64,000 nt of DNA from an uncultured bacterium. GTDB taxonomy: Bacteria > Patescibacteriota > Minisyncoccia > UBA6257 > 2-01-FULL-56-20. Made by a program: the position numbers and the translations under genes. Where the stretch lies: positions 515,552 to 579,551 of the forward strand of contig OY970126.1 of the NCBI GenBank assembly GCA_963705915.1. The letters are read 5' to 3'. This document shows positions 1 to 9,777 of the stretch, in pieces. The stretch's first letter is position 1. Each line of letters opens with the position of its first letter. Under the pieces are notes generated by a model. The model had not been told where the DNA came from, made no database searches, and was given only the letters and a program-made list of their open reading frames with translations.

Positions 1-862
1 TGAGGAAGTAGAAGTGGCCGTTTGTACTCCCATACCAAATGTACGTGTCGTGGCGATTCTGCTGATAACCGGATTGACAAAGTCCGGTCATTTCAAAACC
101 GTCGATTATATAATTTTCATCGGCTCCGAAATCAAGGAAGTCGTTGTCGTTATAGACGCCGCCTATCTGATTGGCACAGCCTGACACATAATAGGTGGTT
201 TGATTGAACAGTGTGGTTGAAAGACAAGTCGTTCCGTTTACATTACCTGCATTGCACAATGGATTATTCGCGGTAAAGATCGGCCGGGCCCACGAACTTC
301 CTGTGTACCAGGTTGCGTCGACCCCAAGGTAAATCGGGTGGGCGGATGTTCCGTTTGGACACAGTCCAGTCGGACAACTCAAGTTGGGTGGTGCCCACTG
401 CCACGTCCCTCCGGACGAGGGTACGCATGATGCCCCTGGACAGTTTGTATCGGTGCTAATCCCGAAATTCCACGTGTCGCCGCCCCGGAAGATTATTCCG
501 GTTCCTGCGGGAATTCCATCGCCGCCAGTTCCGTTCGAGCCGTTCTGTACCGCCAAACAATTCGACGAGCAGTTCGGCATCATCGGGGCATGAAGCCAAG
601 GAGTGCTCTCTGACATCCCGCTATTTGAGTCCGAACCATTATCTGCAACATAGTAGCAGTTTGTGATACCAAGACTTGCGAGCGTAACCAAAGAACCGGC
701 CGGGTTTGAAGGGTTTGTGTACGTCGCCGCCGTGGGACAAGCACCGCCGCCAGCGGCATGAGCAACGGAAGGTTTTAAGGATGGTTGGTGGGTCGCAAAG
801 AAAAAGGTACCCAGGACCACAGCAATAATCAGCGATACGTAAAAAAACTTATGCCTGTACAT
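1..862 (-). CDS. Secreted Cys-rich protein, pectate-lyase-like/right-handed beta-helix N-terminus (partial, runs off the window start)
   Basis: Not in the ORF track; translated by hand from ATG at 862: MYRHKFFYVSLIIAVVLGTFFF (signal/TM)...CYYVADNGSDSNSGMSESTPWLHAP...IIFRGGDTW...PIYLGVDATWYTGSSWARPIF. No stop was found in the portion read. Confidence 0.7.
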   Translation of the reverse strand, partial: MYRHKFFYVSLIIAVVLGTFFFATHQPSLKPSVAHAAGGGACPTAATYTNPSNPAGSLVTLASLGITNCYYVADNGSDSNSGMSESTPWLHAPMMPNCSSNCLAVQNGSNGTGGDGIPAGTGIIFRGGDTWNFGISTDTNCPGASCVPSSGGTWQWAPPNLSCPTGLCPNGTSAHPIYLGVDATWYTGSSWARPIFTANNPLCNAGNVNGTTCLSTTLFNQTTYYVSGCANQIGGVYNDNDFLDFGADENYIIDGFEMTGLCQSGYQQNRHDTYIWYGSTNGHFYFL

Positions 863-894
863 TCTCTTTATAATAGCATTCCTATCGCCTTCGA

Positions 895-2055
895 TTAATT
901 GAGGAGCCAGTGCAAACGGCGCCGCAGTTTTTGATTAATCTCCGAATTGCTTTTGTCGAAATATGCCTCGAGGAACGGCAGCACGTACCGCGAGATAGAC
1001 CGCATATCAAGTTCATCCCCTTTAAACTCGGCAGGGAAATCAAGCTCGGCGAGAATATCTACGATCGGCGTCGCCTCGAGCGTCACGCCGCCCACGCGGT
1101 GGGGAAATGTATATGGTAATCCATGGGGAGCGTCCACGTAGGTGAATCCCCGAAGTTTTTCTTTTTCGAGCGCAACCGAAAAACGTTCGAGGGCGGGGTC
1201 GAGAATTTTCTTGAAAGCGCGCGTCGCCGTTGCGGACATCTCCCCTCTTCTATATTGCTCATAGAGCCTTTCCGCAATCGCGACGTTCACGCCGAGCTCT
1301 GCGGCGATGGCCGTTATGAGTTCGTTGAAATCCCATCCGAGTTTTTCCCGATAGAGCACGGGGTAGCCTTCGCGCGCTTCGGTGAAAACATATACTGCAG
1401 CGCCCCCATTTTCCGAAACGATCAAATTGAGCGGCAGCTTGCGCGTTCGCGCAATCGCCCGGAGACGTGACTGCGGTCCTTCCACGAAAAAGAAATTGTC
1501 GGGCGCATTGAAAAATTGCTTCAAATCTTCAAAAAGTTCGCGCGTCGTAAATCGAAGCTCAAGGACAAGCGATATTTTCTTGCCGGTAAAACCCGTGGGG
1601 TTCACGACCGATTTGCCGTCGATTTTAAAATTGCGCGCTTCGGCGCCGACGAGCACGGTATCAAGCTCATGGATGCCGAGGCGTTTCGCCGCCTCGCTCC
1701 GGCATTGGTTAAAAATTTTTCCCATCGCCTGCGCTATCAGATTTTCAAGTTCGGCGAGCGTGATTTCGAACTTTGCCTCCGCGTGCTCGCGCGATAAATC
1801 GAGCGGAATCGGGATCGTCGTTGCAAGCGCCGGATGAGCGGTTGCGATAATTTTCCTGCGTGATTTCTTGAAAAGATAATTCCCCTCCCATGATTTTTGC
1901 GTCATGCGACGCATGGGAGATTTTAAGAATTTTTTAAGATCGATGTTCTCGAGATATTTCTCGAGCTCGATGTGCCGATATTCGTCCACGGCAAGAAACA
2001 ACGCGTTCACGCCGTTCGGAGCAATCTCCAGAATGAGGAATTTATCCTTCTTCAC
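895..2055 (-). CDS. Divergent FtsA/actin-like family protein
   Basis: 386 aa. N-terminal FLILEIAPNGVNA resembles a degenerate LDIGT phosphate-1 strand, and FKIDGKSVVNPTGFTGKKI resembles the FtsA IDG-x-x-V-x-NP-x-G-x-x-G segment. Confidence 0.45.
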   Translation of the reverse strand: MKKDKFLILEIAPNGVNALFLAVDEYRHIELEKYLENIDLKKFLKSPMRRMTQKSWEGNYLFKKSRRKIIATAHPALATTIPIPLDLSREHAEAKFEITLAELENLIAQAMGKIFNQCRSEAAKRLGIHELDTVLVGAEARNFKIDGKSVVNPTGFTGKKISLVLELRFTTRELFEDLKQFFNAPDNFFFVEGPQSRLRAIARTRKLPLNLIVSENGGAAVYVFTEAREGYPVLYREKLGWDFNELITAIAAELGVNVAIAERLYEQYRRGEMSATATRAFKKILDPALERFSVALEKEKLRGFTYVDAPHGLPYTFPHRVGGVTLEATPIVDILAELDFPAEFKGDELDMRSISRYVLPFLEAYFDKSNSEINQKLRRRLHWLLN

Positions 2056-2074
2056 GCTTTCATTTTAACACAAG

Positions 2075-2098
2075 AAAAGCCCCTCGAAATGAGGGGCT
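2075..2098 (-). terminator. Intrinsic terminator
   Basis: AGCCCCTC/GAGGGGCT hairpin with a U-tract on the minus strand, downstream of the 2118-2447 ORF. Confidence 0.6.
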
Positions 2099-2117
2099 GC
2101 GACCAATGGCGCTCTGG

Positions 2118-2447
2118 TCAGTTCACATACCGTGTCGGTGATTTCAGTAAGAATAGACTGTCGTGCCGTGGTTCAGGCAGTCGGCGTTGAGGTTCTTCTT
2201 TATGGGTCAGTTGGTAGAGACGTCTGCCAAGCTCGACATCATCCGGACCATCCAGAAAGACCAAATTATACTTGGCGCCTTCCAGGTCGACGATGAAGGC
2301 GACTGGTCTTGGAGGGATCACTTTCGACTCCTGAGGCCTCGCTATCGTCCACTCCTGCTTGTCTAAAGCACCAAGACATCTGCCGGTGAGGAAAGCTAAT
2401 GAGAGCAGAATCGCAAACCCAAAACACATCATCAACCAATGAGGCAT
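2118..2447 (-). CDS. Small hypothetical membrane-anchored protein
   Basis: 109 aa with a hydrophobic N-terminus. AGGAGG SD and TATAAT upstream, terminator downstream. Confidence 0.6.
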   Translation of the reverse strand: MPHWLMMCFGFAILLSLAFLTGRCLGALDKQEWTIARPQESKVIPPRPVAFIVDLEGAKYNLVFLDGPDDVELGRRLYQLTHKEEPQRRLPEPRHDSLFLLKSPTRYVN

Positions 2448-2493
2448 ACATCCTCCTAGATGTTCCGCCTATATTATAAGGGCTGAATTCAAT

Positions 2494-4407
2494 TCAGTCA
2501 ATCACCCCTCGCACGCGCCGGATGCCGGCCGCAACGGCTTCTTCTTTCGCCAGTGTAAAGCGCCCAATCTCGCCGGTGTGCGAAACGTGCGGACCGCCGC
2601 AGAATTCTATGGAGAATGCATGCGTAAATTTTGGATTGTCCTGGGTTGCGTCCTTGGGGCCAATCGAATACACCGAAACGCGATCAGGATATTTCTGGCC
2701 AAACTCGTGTTCGGCGCCAAGACCCTCCGCTTCTTCGCGCGCCATCTCGGTCCGGATCACCGGCAGGTCTTCGCCAATCTTTTTATTCACAATATCCTCA
2801 ACTTCTTTCTTTTGCTCATCGGTCATCTTTACATCGTACGAAAAATCGAGGCGCAACCGCTCGCTCGTGATATTACTGCCGCGCTGTTTCACCTGCGGGC
2901 CGAGCACCATCTGAAGCGCTTTTAATAAAAGATGATGAGCCGTATGTAATCGCACCGTTTTTTCTGAAGTATCAGCCAAACCACCTTTGAATGTGCCTGC
3001 GGAGGATGTGCGGGAGAGTTCGCTGTGCTTCTCCATCTCACGACGAAATGCTTCCCTATCAATTTTTATACCCTTTCCCTCGGCAATCTCTTCAGTAAGT
3101 TCCCACGGGAATCCATAGGACTGGAGTAAATTGAACGCATCAAGGCCGGTAATCTTGCCGGATTTCATAATCTTCGCGAGCTCTTTGAGCCCCGTGCCAA
3201 TCACTTCATCAAATTTTGCGAGTTCGTCCTCCATCTCTCTGTATAGAGTTGCGGACTCTGAGCTCAAATTTTCATATACCCCAGCATACGAACCTGCCAC
3301 GACGGGAACCAAACTCAAAATTTGCTTCTGATAATCTGATTGCCCGAAAAGGTTCTGCCCGATGAGCGCCGCCCTGCGGAGCAATCGGCGCAAGACATAC
3401 CCGCGCCCCTTGTTGGACGGACGAACACCGTCCGCAATGAGAAATACCGATGCGCGTACGTGATCGAGGATAATCCTCGTCCTTTTTTCTTCTTTCAGCT
3501 GTAGCGTTTCTGCCATCTGCGCAAAAACATCAATATGGAAAACATCCGGATCCCCGTTCGCCGCTGCCGTGATGCGCTCGAGCCCTCCGCCGAAATCAAC
3601 GTTGCGCTGGGCAAGTTTTTCGAATGTGCCGTCGCTCTTCTTTTTATATTCCATAAAAACGGAATTGCCGATTTCAAGGAATCGACCGCAGTCGCAGTTC
3701 GGATGGCAATGCTCACCGAATTTTTTGTCGTGCCGCGGCGAACCCTTTGCATCCATCTCGCCAAAATCGAAGAATACTTCTGAGTCGGGTCCTCCCGGCT
3801 CGCCCGCCGGCATTTTTGAAGGCACGCCCGCGCGACTCCACCAATTCTTTTTTACGTCGTACGAAAAAATCCTGCCGCCTTGCATGCCTTTTTTGCTGCC
3901 GTTTTCTTCTGAATCAAGCTCAACATACTTTGGGTCTCCTCCGTCAACGTCTTGTCCTGCAAAAAGTTTTTTCCAGATTTCCACCGATTCGTGGTCGGCG
4001 GGGATGCCGGTTTCTTTGTCGCCGGCGAAAACCGTCACGTACAATCGCGCAGGATCGAGGCCTGCGCCGTTTTTCTTGTCGGTCAAAAATGCAAAAAACC
4101 ATGGAAGTTGTTCTTGCTTCCAATAATCATTGAGCGACCAATTGCCGAGCATCTCGAAGAATGTGGTGTGGCGATTGTCGCCCACCTCGTCGATATCCTC
4201 GGCGCGAAAGCTTTTTTGCGAGTTTACGAGACGCTTGCCTTCGGGATGACGCTCGCCCAAAAGATAGGTGATGAGCGGCTGCATGCCGCTGCCCGTGAAA
4301 AGGGTCGTCGGATCGTTCTCGGGAACAAGCGACGCCGATGGGACGATAACGTGCCCCCGTTCGACGAAAAATTTTAAGAATCGACTGCGGATTTCTTGGG
4401 AATCCAT
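2494..4407 (-). CDS. alaS: Alanine--tRNA ligase (no C-Ala domain)
   Basis: DPTTLFTGSGMQP, HTTFFEMLGNWS and VDFGGGLER motifs; editing HTAHHLL and EFCGGPHV; ends at GIRRVRGVID. Confidence 0.97.
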   Translation of the reverse strand: MDSQEIRSRFLKFFVERGHVIVPSASLVPENDPTTLFTGSGMQPLITYLLGERHPEGKRLVNSQKSFRAEDIDEVGDNRHTTFFEMLGNWSLNDYWKQEQLPWFFAFLTDKKNGAGLDPARLYVTVFAGDKETGIPADHESVEIWKKLFAGQDVDGGDPKYVELDSEENGSKKGMQGGRIFSYDVKKNWWSRAGVPSKMPAGEPGGPDSEVFFDFGEMDAKGSPRHDKKFGEHCHPNCDCGRFLEIGNSVFMEYKKKSDGTFEKLAQRNVDFGGGLERITAAANGDPDVFHIDVFAQMAETLQLKEEKRTRIILDHVRASVFLIADGVRPSNKGRGYVLRRLLRRAALIGQNLFGQSDYQKQILSLVPVVAGSYAGVYENLSSESATLYREMEDELAKFDEVIGTGLKELAKIMKSGKITGLDAFNLLQSYGFPWELTEEIAEGKGIKIDREAFRREMEKHSELSRTSSAGTFKGGLADTSEKTVRLHTAHHLLLKALQMVLGPQVKQRGSNITSERLRLDFSYDVKMTDEQKKEVEDIVNKKIGEDLPVIRTEMAREEAEGLGAEHEFGQKYPDRVSVYSIGPKDATQDNPKFTHAFSIEFCGGPHVSHTGEIGRFTLAKEEAVAAGIRRVRGVID

Positions 4408-4483
4408 ACCCGTACATACTACTGGACGGCGCTGGATTTTTCCAGCAGATTAAGGCATAATACAGGCAGAAGGAGGTGCCGCT

Positions 4484-4801
4484 ATGGGCATCAAAAAACC
4501 ACCCAGCTGCACAGCAATCCGCGAAAGATTTTGGAGTCGCGTCGTCGTGGAAGCGCCGGATCTCACGCTCAAAGAGATCACGGAGATCGGCGACCACATG
4601 GTGGAATGCCAATCTTGCCATTTAGCTATCGGCACCGCCGAAAGTATCCTGGACCAGCTATCGCACTCCCAGCGATTTGCAGGCGACGCCAAAGATCCGT
4701 GCAGGGATTACATCTTCGATCTTGGAATGAAAAAATTTCTGGAACTGGTTGACTACGGCTTTTGTGAAGACACACAAAACCAGACACGATATGACCAGTA
4801 A
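4484..4801 (+). CDS. Hypothetical protein (HxxxCxxC, possible Zn-binding)
   Basis: 105 aa. AGGAGG SD, CATAAT upstream, terminator downstream. Confidence 0.6.
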   Translation: MGIKKPPSCTAIRERFWSRVVVEAPDLTLKEITEIGDHMVECQSCHLAIGTAESILDQLSHSQRFAGDAKDPCRDYIFDLGMKKFLELVDYGFCEDTQNQTRYDQ

Positions 4802-4817
4802 CCAGGCTCGCTCCTCC

Positions 4818-4849
4818 GCTGCCGGACAGGGAACCCGGCAGCTTTTTTT
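4818..4849 (+). terminator. Intrinsic terminator
   Basis: GCTGCCGG/CCGGCAGC stem followed by T7. Confidence 0.7.
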
Positions 4850-4873
4850 ACCGAAATATTTTATGATGTCTCC

Positions 4874-5788
4874 ATGCGAAAGCCCGTCATTGTGATCGTC
4901 GGCCCAACGGCAAGCGGGAAAACCGCGCTCTCGATAAAAATTGCGCGCCGGTTTGACGCTGAAATTATTTCCGCCGATTCGCGGCAGGTCTATCGAGGGA
5001 TGGACATCGGCACGGGGAAAATCACGAAGCGAGAAATGCGCGGCGTGCCACACCACATGCTCGACGTCGCTTCGGCGCTCCGGACTTTTAGCGCCGCGGC
5101 ATATCAGAAAAAAGGTAAAAAAATCATTAAAAGTATTTTGGCGAAAGGAAAACTACCGATTGTAGTCGGCGGCACCGGTTTTTATATCGACGCTCTGGTA
5201 TATGACTACGCCTTGCCTTCGGTTAAACCCAATAAGGCGCTCCGGCGAAGACTGGAGAAACAATCGACTGAAAAACTTTTTGACGAACTTACGAAGCGTG
5301 ATCCGCGACGCGCGAAGACCATCGACCGGCGCAACCGTCGGCGCCTTGTGCGCGCGCTCGAGATCGTGCTCTCCACGAAAAAACCCGTGCCGAGCCGCGA
5401 GCAATCACTCACGCGAAAAAGCCCGTACGACGTTTTGAAAATTGGCCTCATGCCGAGTGCAGCGGTACTCAAAAAAAATATTGCCGCTCGGCTCAAAGCG
5501 AGGTTGCGCCAAGGCATGATAAAAGAAGTTGAGCGACTCCATAAAAATGGTGTGAGCTGGCACCGTCTCGACAACTTTGGCCTCGAATATCGCTACGTGA
5601 GCCGCTATCTCCGCGGTATGATCACCCGCACCGAAATGGTTGCAGCCATCGAAAAGGAAAGCTGGCAGTATGCGCGCAGGCAGATGACGTGGTTTAGGAG
5701 GGATCCTTGGGTGCATTGGGTCAAAACCCAACAATCAGCCCTTACCCTGCTCAAGGCGAATATAAAAAGAAAAGAGGCGGACGAATAG
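4874..5788 (+). CDS. miaA: tRNA dimethylallyltransferase
   Basis: GPTASGKT, ISADSRQVYRGMDIGTGK, VGGTGFY and YARRQMTWF motifs. Confidence 0.97.
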   Translation: MRKPVIVIVGPTASGKTALSIKIARRFDAEIISADSRQVYRGMDIGTGKITKREMRGVPHHMLDVASALRTFSAAAYQKKGKKIIKSILAKGKLPIVVGGTGFYIDALVYDYALPSVKPNKALRRRLEKQSTEKLFDELTKRDPRRAKTIDRRNRRRLVRALEIVLSTKKPVPSREQSLTRKSPYDVLKIGLMPSAAVLKKNIAARLKARLRQGMIKEVERLHKNGVSWHRLDNFGLEYRYVSRYLRGMITRTEMVAAIEKESWQYARRQMTWFRRDPWVHWVKTQQSALTLLKANIKRKEADE

Positions 5789-5807
5789 ACGTCCACCTCT
5801 AAAAAGG

Positions 5808-6104
5808 TTAAAGGAAAGATTGGGTGGCTGTCCGTTGCGCTACTCCTGGCTTGGCTTCGGAAAACGCTGGCTTACAGAAGCCGCATTTAATCACTCCTCC
5901 TTCAAGTTTTTTCCAGGTGCTGTATCCGCATTCCGGACAACGGATATCGCTTGACGCCTGGCCAGACAAAATCAAAGGGCACTCATTGCCAGAAGGGCAG
6001 TGGTAGTGATTGTCCTTCAGCACAATCAACTCCGCTTGGCAGCCCTTGCATTTTTCAGCATCGTGACGATCACTCCAGCCGTCGTTAACACCCCGCAACA
6101 CCAT
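5808..6104 (-). CDS. Small multi-CxxC (zinc-ribbon-like) hypothetical protein
   Basis: 98 aa with CKGC, CPSGNEC, CPEC and CGFC; purine-rich RBS. Confidence 0.55.
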   Translation of the reverse strand: MVLRGVNDGWSDRHDAEKCKGCQAELIVLKDNHYHCPSGNECPLILSGQASSDIRCPECGYSTWKKLEGGVIKCGFCKPAFSEAKPGVAQRTATQSFL

Positions 6105-6269
6105 CGCATTCCCCTTTCTCGGTTTAAGCTCTCGAACAATCGAGAGAGCCCCTTGAGAAACGAATGTTCGTTTGCTCCTTTCGCAAAAGGCTGTCTCGAT
6201 CCGAAAGCATGCAGTTGTAATAAATTTTTAATGAACGATTTTCTATGATAAGGCGTTTTCGCCCGCAGG

Positions 6270-7712
6270 TCAAGCTAAATTGCGCTCAAAAAGATCCTTG
6301 AGCATGTCGGGACGCGCTTTGCCTTTCAATGTGCTCATCGCTTTGCCGATCAAGAACTGCAAACTCGCTTTTTTCCCTGCTTTATAATCGGCGACGGCCG
6401 CATGATGTTCGGCAATCACCGCAAGGACAACCGCCTCGATCTCGCCTTCGTCGGAAACGATGCCGATGCTTTCTGATTTCATAATCTCTTCCGGATCGGC
6501 ACCGGTCTCAAACATTTTGACAAGCATATCTTTTGCCTGCCGGCTTGTTATTTTTTTCTGCTCGATGAACCCAGCAAGGTGGGCGAGGTGTTCGGGCAGA
6601 ACCTTAGTATACGACGACGGGGTACCATTTTGGTTCAGGAGGCCGCGCAGGTCGCTCGTGAGATAGTTATAGAGCGTATTGATGCCAGCCTTACTCGCTT
6701 CTCCTGTGCCATCCGCACCGTCTTGCCCGTCCGCCAAAAATTCCTGCAATTCAGAAGCGGCTTCTTCGAAATAGTCTGCCATGGCTGGATCGCCAACCAA
6801 AAGTTCGGTCTGCTTTTCATCGAGGCCATATTCGTTCATAAACCGAACACGCTTTTGCGCAGGCAATTCTTCGAGAGCGGCCTTGAGTTGATCCAGATCA
6901 AAAACCTTCGTCTCAAAGGGTGGAATATCTGGCTCCGGAAAGTAGCGATAGTCATGCGCCTCCTCTTTTGATCGCTGGATGATAGTTTTCTGTTTTATCT
7001 CATCCCAACCACGCGTCTGCTGGGTGATCGCCTCACCCGTCTTGAGCGCTTCTTCTTGACGCTTCAATTCATATTCAACGGCATCGTGCACCGCCTTGAA
7101 CGAGTTGATGTTTTTGAGCTCGACTTTTGTTCCCATGTTCAAGCTCACATTCGCTTCGATCCGCATCTCCCCTTTTTCCATGTTGGCATCCGAGACACCG
7201 AGGTAGCGCAGGATGAGCTGAAGTTCGCGGGCAAAATCGGCAACTTGGTCGGCGCTCGTGAAATCGGGCTCCGTCACGAGCTCCATGAGCGGCACGCCCG
7301 AGCGGTTATAATCGACGAGCGACGCGCCATCCGCATGTGCAAGATTCGCCGTATCTTCTTCGAGGTGAACGCGCCGTATGCGGACGTTCTTCAACGTGCC
7401 GCCGGTCACAAGCGGTTTGTCGTATTGCGAAATTTGGTACGCCTTCGGCAAGTCCGGGTAGAAATAATTTTTGCGGTCAAATTTTGTGGACTCGCTGATC
7501 TCTGAGCCAAGCGCGAGGCCTACCTTAATCACATGTTCAATCGCCTGTTTATTTGGCACCGGCAACGTCCCCGGATGGCCGAGACAAACAGGGCAAACGT
7601 TTATATTCGGATGCTGCTCTTCGGAATCATTCAAAGAATCGCAAAACATCTTCGTTCGCGTTTTGAGCTCCGCATGGATTTCGAGGCCGATGGTTGGGTT
7701 GTATTCGGACAT
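6270..7712 (-). CDS. gatB: Asp/Glu-tRNA amidotransferase subunit B
   Basis: IGLEIHAEL, DRKNYFYPDLPKAYQISQ and DYRYFPEPD motifs. Confidence 0.98.
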   Translation of the reverse strand: MSEYNPTIGLEIHAELKTRTKMFCDSLNDSEEQHPNINVCPVCLGHPGTLPVPNKQAIEHVIKVGLALGSEISESTKFDRKNYFYPDLPKAYQISQYDKPLVTGGTLKNVRIRRVHLEEDTANLAHADGASLVDYNRSGVPLMELVTEPDFTSADQVADFARELQLILRYLGVSDANMEKGEMRIEANVSLNMGTKVELKNINSFKAVHDAVEYELKRQEEALKTGEAITQQTRGWDEIKQKTIIQRSKEEAHDYRYFPEPDIPPFETKVFDLDQLKAALEELPAQKRVRFMNEYGLDEKQTELLVGDPAMADYFEEAASELQEFLADGQDGADGTGEASKAGINTLYNYLTSDLRGLLNQNGTPSSYTKVLPEHLAHLAGFIEQKKITSRQAKDMLVKMFETGADPEEIMKSESIGIVSDEGEIEAVVLAVIAEHHAAVADYKAGKKASLQFLIGKAMSTLKGKARPDMLKDLFERNLA

Positions 7713-7805
7713 CTGACGAATTATTCGTATTGCCTTCTATTATAGAGAAAAAACGATAATAATGAAGGGCTCAAAATTCCGCGGCGGCTATGCCATAATA
7801 GAGGC

Positions 7806-8366
7806 ATGGCAATCGTCACGATCGGCGGACAAATCGGAGCTGGAAAGACCACGCTTGCGGCTCGGATCGCAAATACTTTGGGATATGAAAACGTATCCGT
7901 CGGCCACACATTTCGTGAAATAGCGAGACAACAAGAAAAGCCAATCGAACAATTTTACGCAGAACTCAAGAGCGACCCGAAGCTTGAACAATCAGTTGAT
8001 GAACGGCAAGCAAAGTTGATGCGTGAAAAAGATAATCTCGTTGTGCAAGGACGCGTCGCATGGTTTTTTGCAAAAGGAAGTATGCTCACAGTGTTCAATG
8101 TTTTTCTCGCCGTTGACCCGAAGACGGGAGCGGAGCGGAGCGGGAAGCGGCCCGAGAACGCCGGGAAGTCGTTGCGGGAACTGCTCGCGGCGAATCGCGA
8201 GCGCATGCAGACCGAAATCGAACGCTATCGCCTGCTCTATGGCATCCAGAATTTTCTTGACCCGAGCCATTATGATTACGTGCTCGACACCACCAATCTG
8301 AGCGAAGAAGCGGTACTTGGAAAAATTATAGAAAAACTCCGCGAACGAATCGAAGCGGATCTATAA
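7806..8366 (+). CDS. cmk: Cytidylate kinase, short/archaeal-type
   Basis: P-loop GQIGAGKTT, NLVVQGRVA and YDYVLDTTNL match the short (d)CMP kinase family. Confidence 0.8.
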   Translation: MAIVTIGGQIGAGKTTLAARIANTLGYENVSVGHTFREIARQQEKPIEQFYAELKSDPKLEQSVDERQAKLMREKDNLVVQGRVAWFFAKGSMLTVFNVFLAVDPKTGAERSGKRPENAGKSLRELLAANRERMQTEIERYRLLYGIQNFLDPSHYDYVLDTTNLSEEAVLGKIIEKLRERIEADL

Positions 8367-8394
8367 CCATGCTCGGTTTAGTACAATTAATATA

Positions 8395-9714
8395 ATGTTC
8401 AAAAAATCCCCCAAGGTTGTCGCCGATCCCCTCTACGGCATAATCGATATCCGCCCCGTACTCGCGATGGTCGAGACGCGCGAATTCCAGGCGCTCGGGG
8501 ATAAGCGTCAGCTTGGCATGGCCTATCTCACTTTTCCATCCGCAACGCATACGCGCAAAGCCCACTCACTCGGCGCTTATCACGCAACACGAGAACTCGC
8601 CGATCTTTGGATTAAGCACGGATTCATACACTCCCGCGAAGGCGACGCGCTTGCCGGTTACGCGCTCTATCACGACATCGGCCACCCGGCGTTTTCGCAC
8701 GTCACAGAATCGCTCTGCGAATTGCCTGCCGGAGCGCAACGGGAAGCCACGCAAAAAGGCATGAGCGTAAACGGGGCGATGAGCCTTGAAATCATTAAAA
8801 AATCCCGAAAAACAATCGAGTCGTGCGGCATCGACTATAAAATACTCGAAGCGATGGCTGCCCATCGTAATCCTCTCTATCTCGCCGTGAGCGACAAGAA
8901 TCTTGGTATGGAAAAATTCGACTATCTCGAGCGCGATGGCCTCTCAACCATTCTCAGCCGTCCCGTCGGCGTGGACTACCTGCGGCATCATATTTATTTC
9001 ATAAACGGCCGTCTTGCGATCGACGAAAAGGTAGTGGACAACGCGATCGAGCTCCAAAACTATTACTTAAAAATTTATAAAAACGTCTACCTCAGAAAAA
9101 CGTCTGCGATCGCGCAACGAATGATGCAAAAGATGGTATACCATCTGATCCTTGCGGGAGAAATCAAACGAAGCGACCTTGTCGACCTCACCGATTCAGA
9201 ACTCATCGGCATCATGCACTTATCGCACGACCCGATCGTTCAGGCGATGTACGGCTTACTCCGCGAGCGCGATTTGTTCCGTGAAGCTGTCGTTGTCCGT
9301 CCCGAAAAGTTTGCGCGCGCCGAAATGACGACCGGCAAACACATCACCGTCTTCGGCACGGGCGCACGAAACATCGAAAAGCTCGCCCGCAATAATGCCT
9401 ACAAACCGGAAAATCAGCGCGGCCTTGAAGAACTCGAATCAAACATCGCCGAGATCGCGGGAATCCCCGAGACGAACGTCCTCGCCGCCCCCATCCACAG
9501 CACCGAACGTTTTGAAGGCCATGACATCATGATCTACGAAGGCCGCGGCAAAAAACTGTCCTCGCTCCGCGCGCAATATCCGGCGCACTTCAAAAACATC
9601 GAAGAGGTGGCGCAGACCTATCTTGCATTCCGCATCTGCACCACGGAAAAATATCGCAAGCGTTTGAGCGAACCAAAAATTGCGAAAAGAATTTTTGCAT
9701 TGCTTGTTGCTTGA
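8395..9714 (+). CDS. HD-domain phosphohydrolase, SAMHD1/dNTP triphosphohydrolase-like
   Basis: DPLYG, FQAL..KRQLG..YLTFPSATHTRKAHSLG, HDIGHPAFSH and DYLERD motifs. Confidence 0.85.
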   Translation: MFKKSPKVVADPLYGIIDIRPVLAMVETREFQALGDKRQLGMAYLTFPSATHTRKAHSLGAYHATRELADLWIKHGFIHSREGDALAGYALYHDIGHPAFSHVTESLCELPAGAQREATQKGMSVNGAMSLEIIKKSRKTIESCGIDYKILEAMAAHRNPLYLAVSDKNLGMEKFDYLERDGLSTILSRPVGVDYLRHHIYFINGRLAIDEKVVDNAIELQNYYLKIYKNVYLRKTSAIAQRMMQKMVYHLILAGEIKRSDLVDLTDSELIGIMHLSHDPIVQAMYGLLRERDLFREAVVVRPEKFARAEMTTGKHITVFGTGARNIEKLARNNAYKPENQRGLEELESNIAEIAGIPETNVLAAPIHSTERFEGHDIMIYEGRGKKLSSLRAQYPAHFKNIEEVAQTYLAFRICTTEKYRKRLSEPKIAKRIFALLVA

Positions 9715-9777
9715 TACTCCGGAGAGAAGCTTGTAAAATTTTTGTTCTCGACATACAATGCCCGGCAGGAGGTTGTC

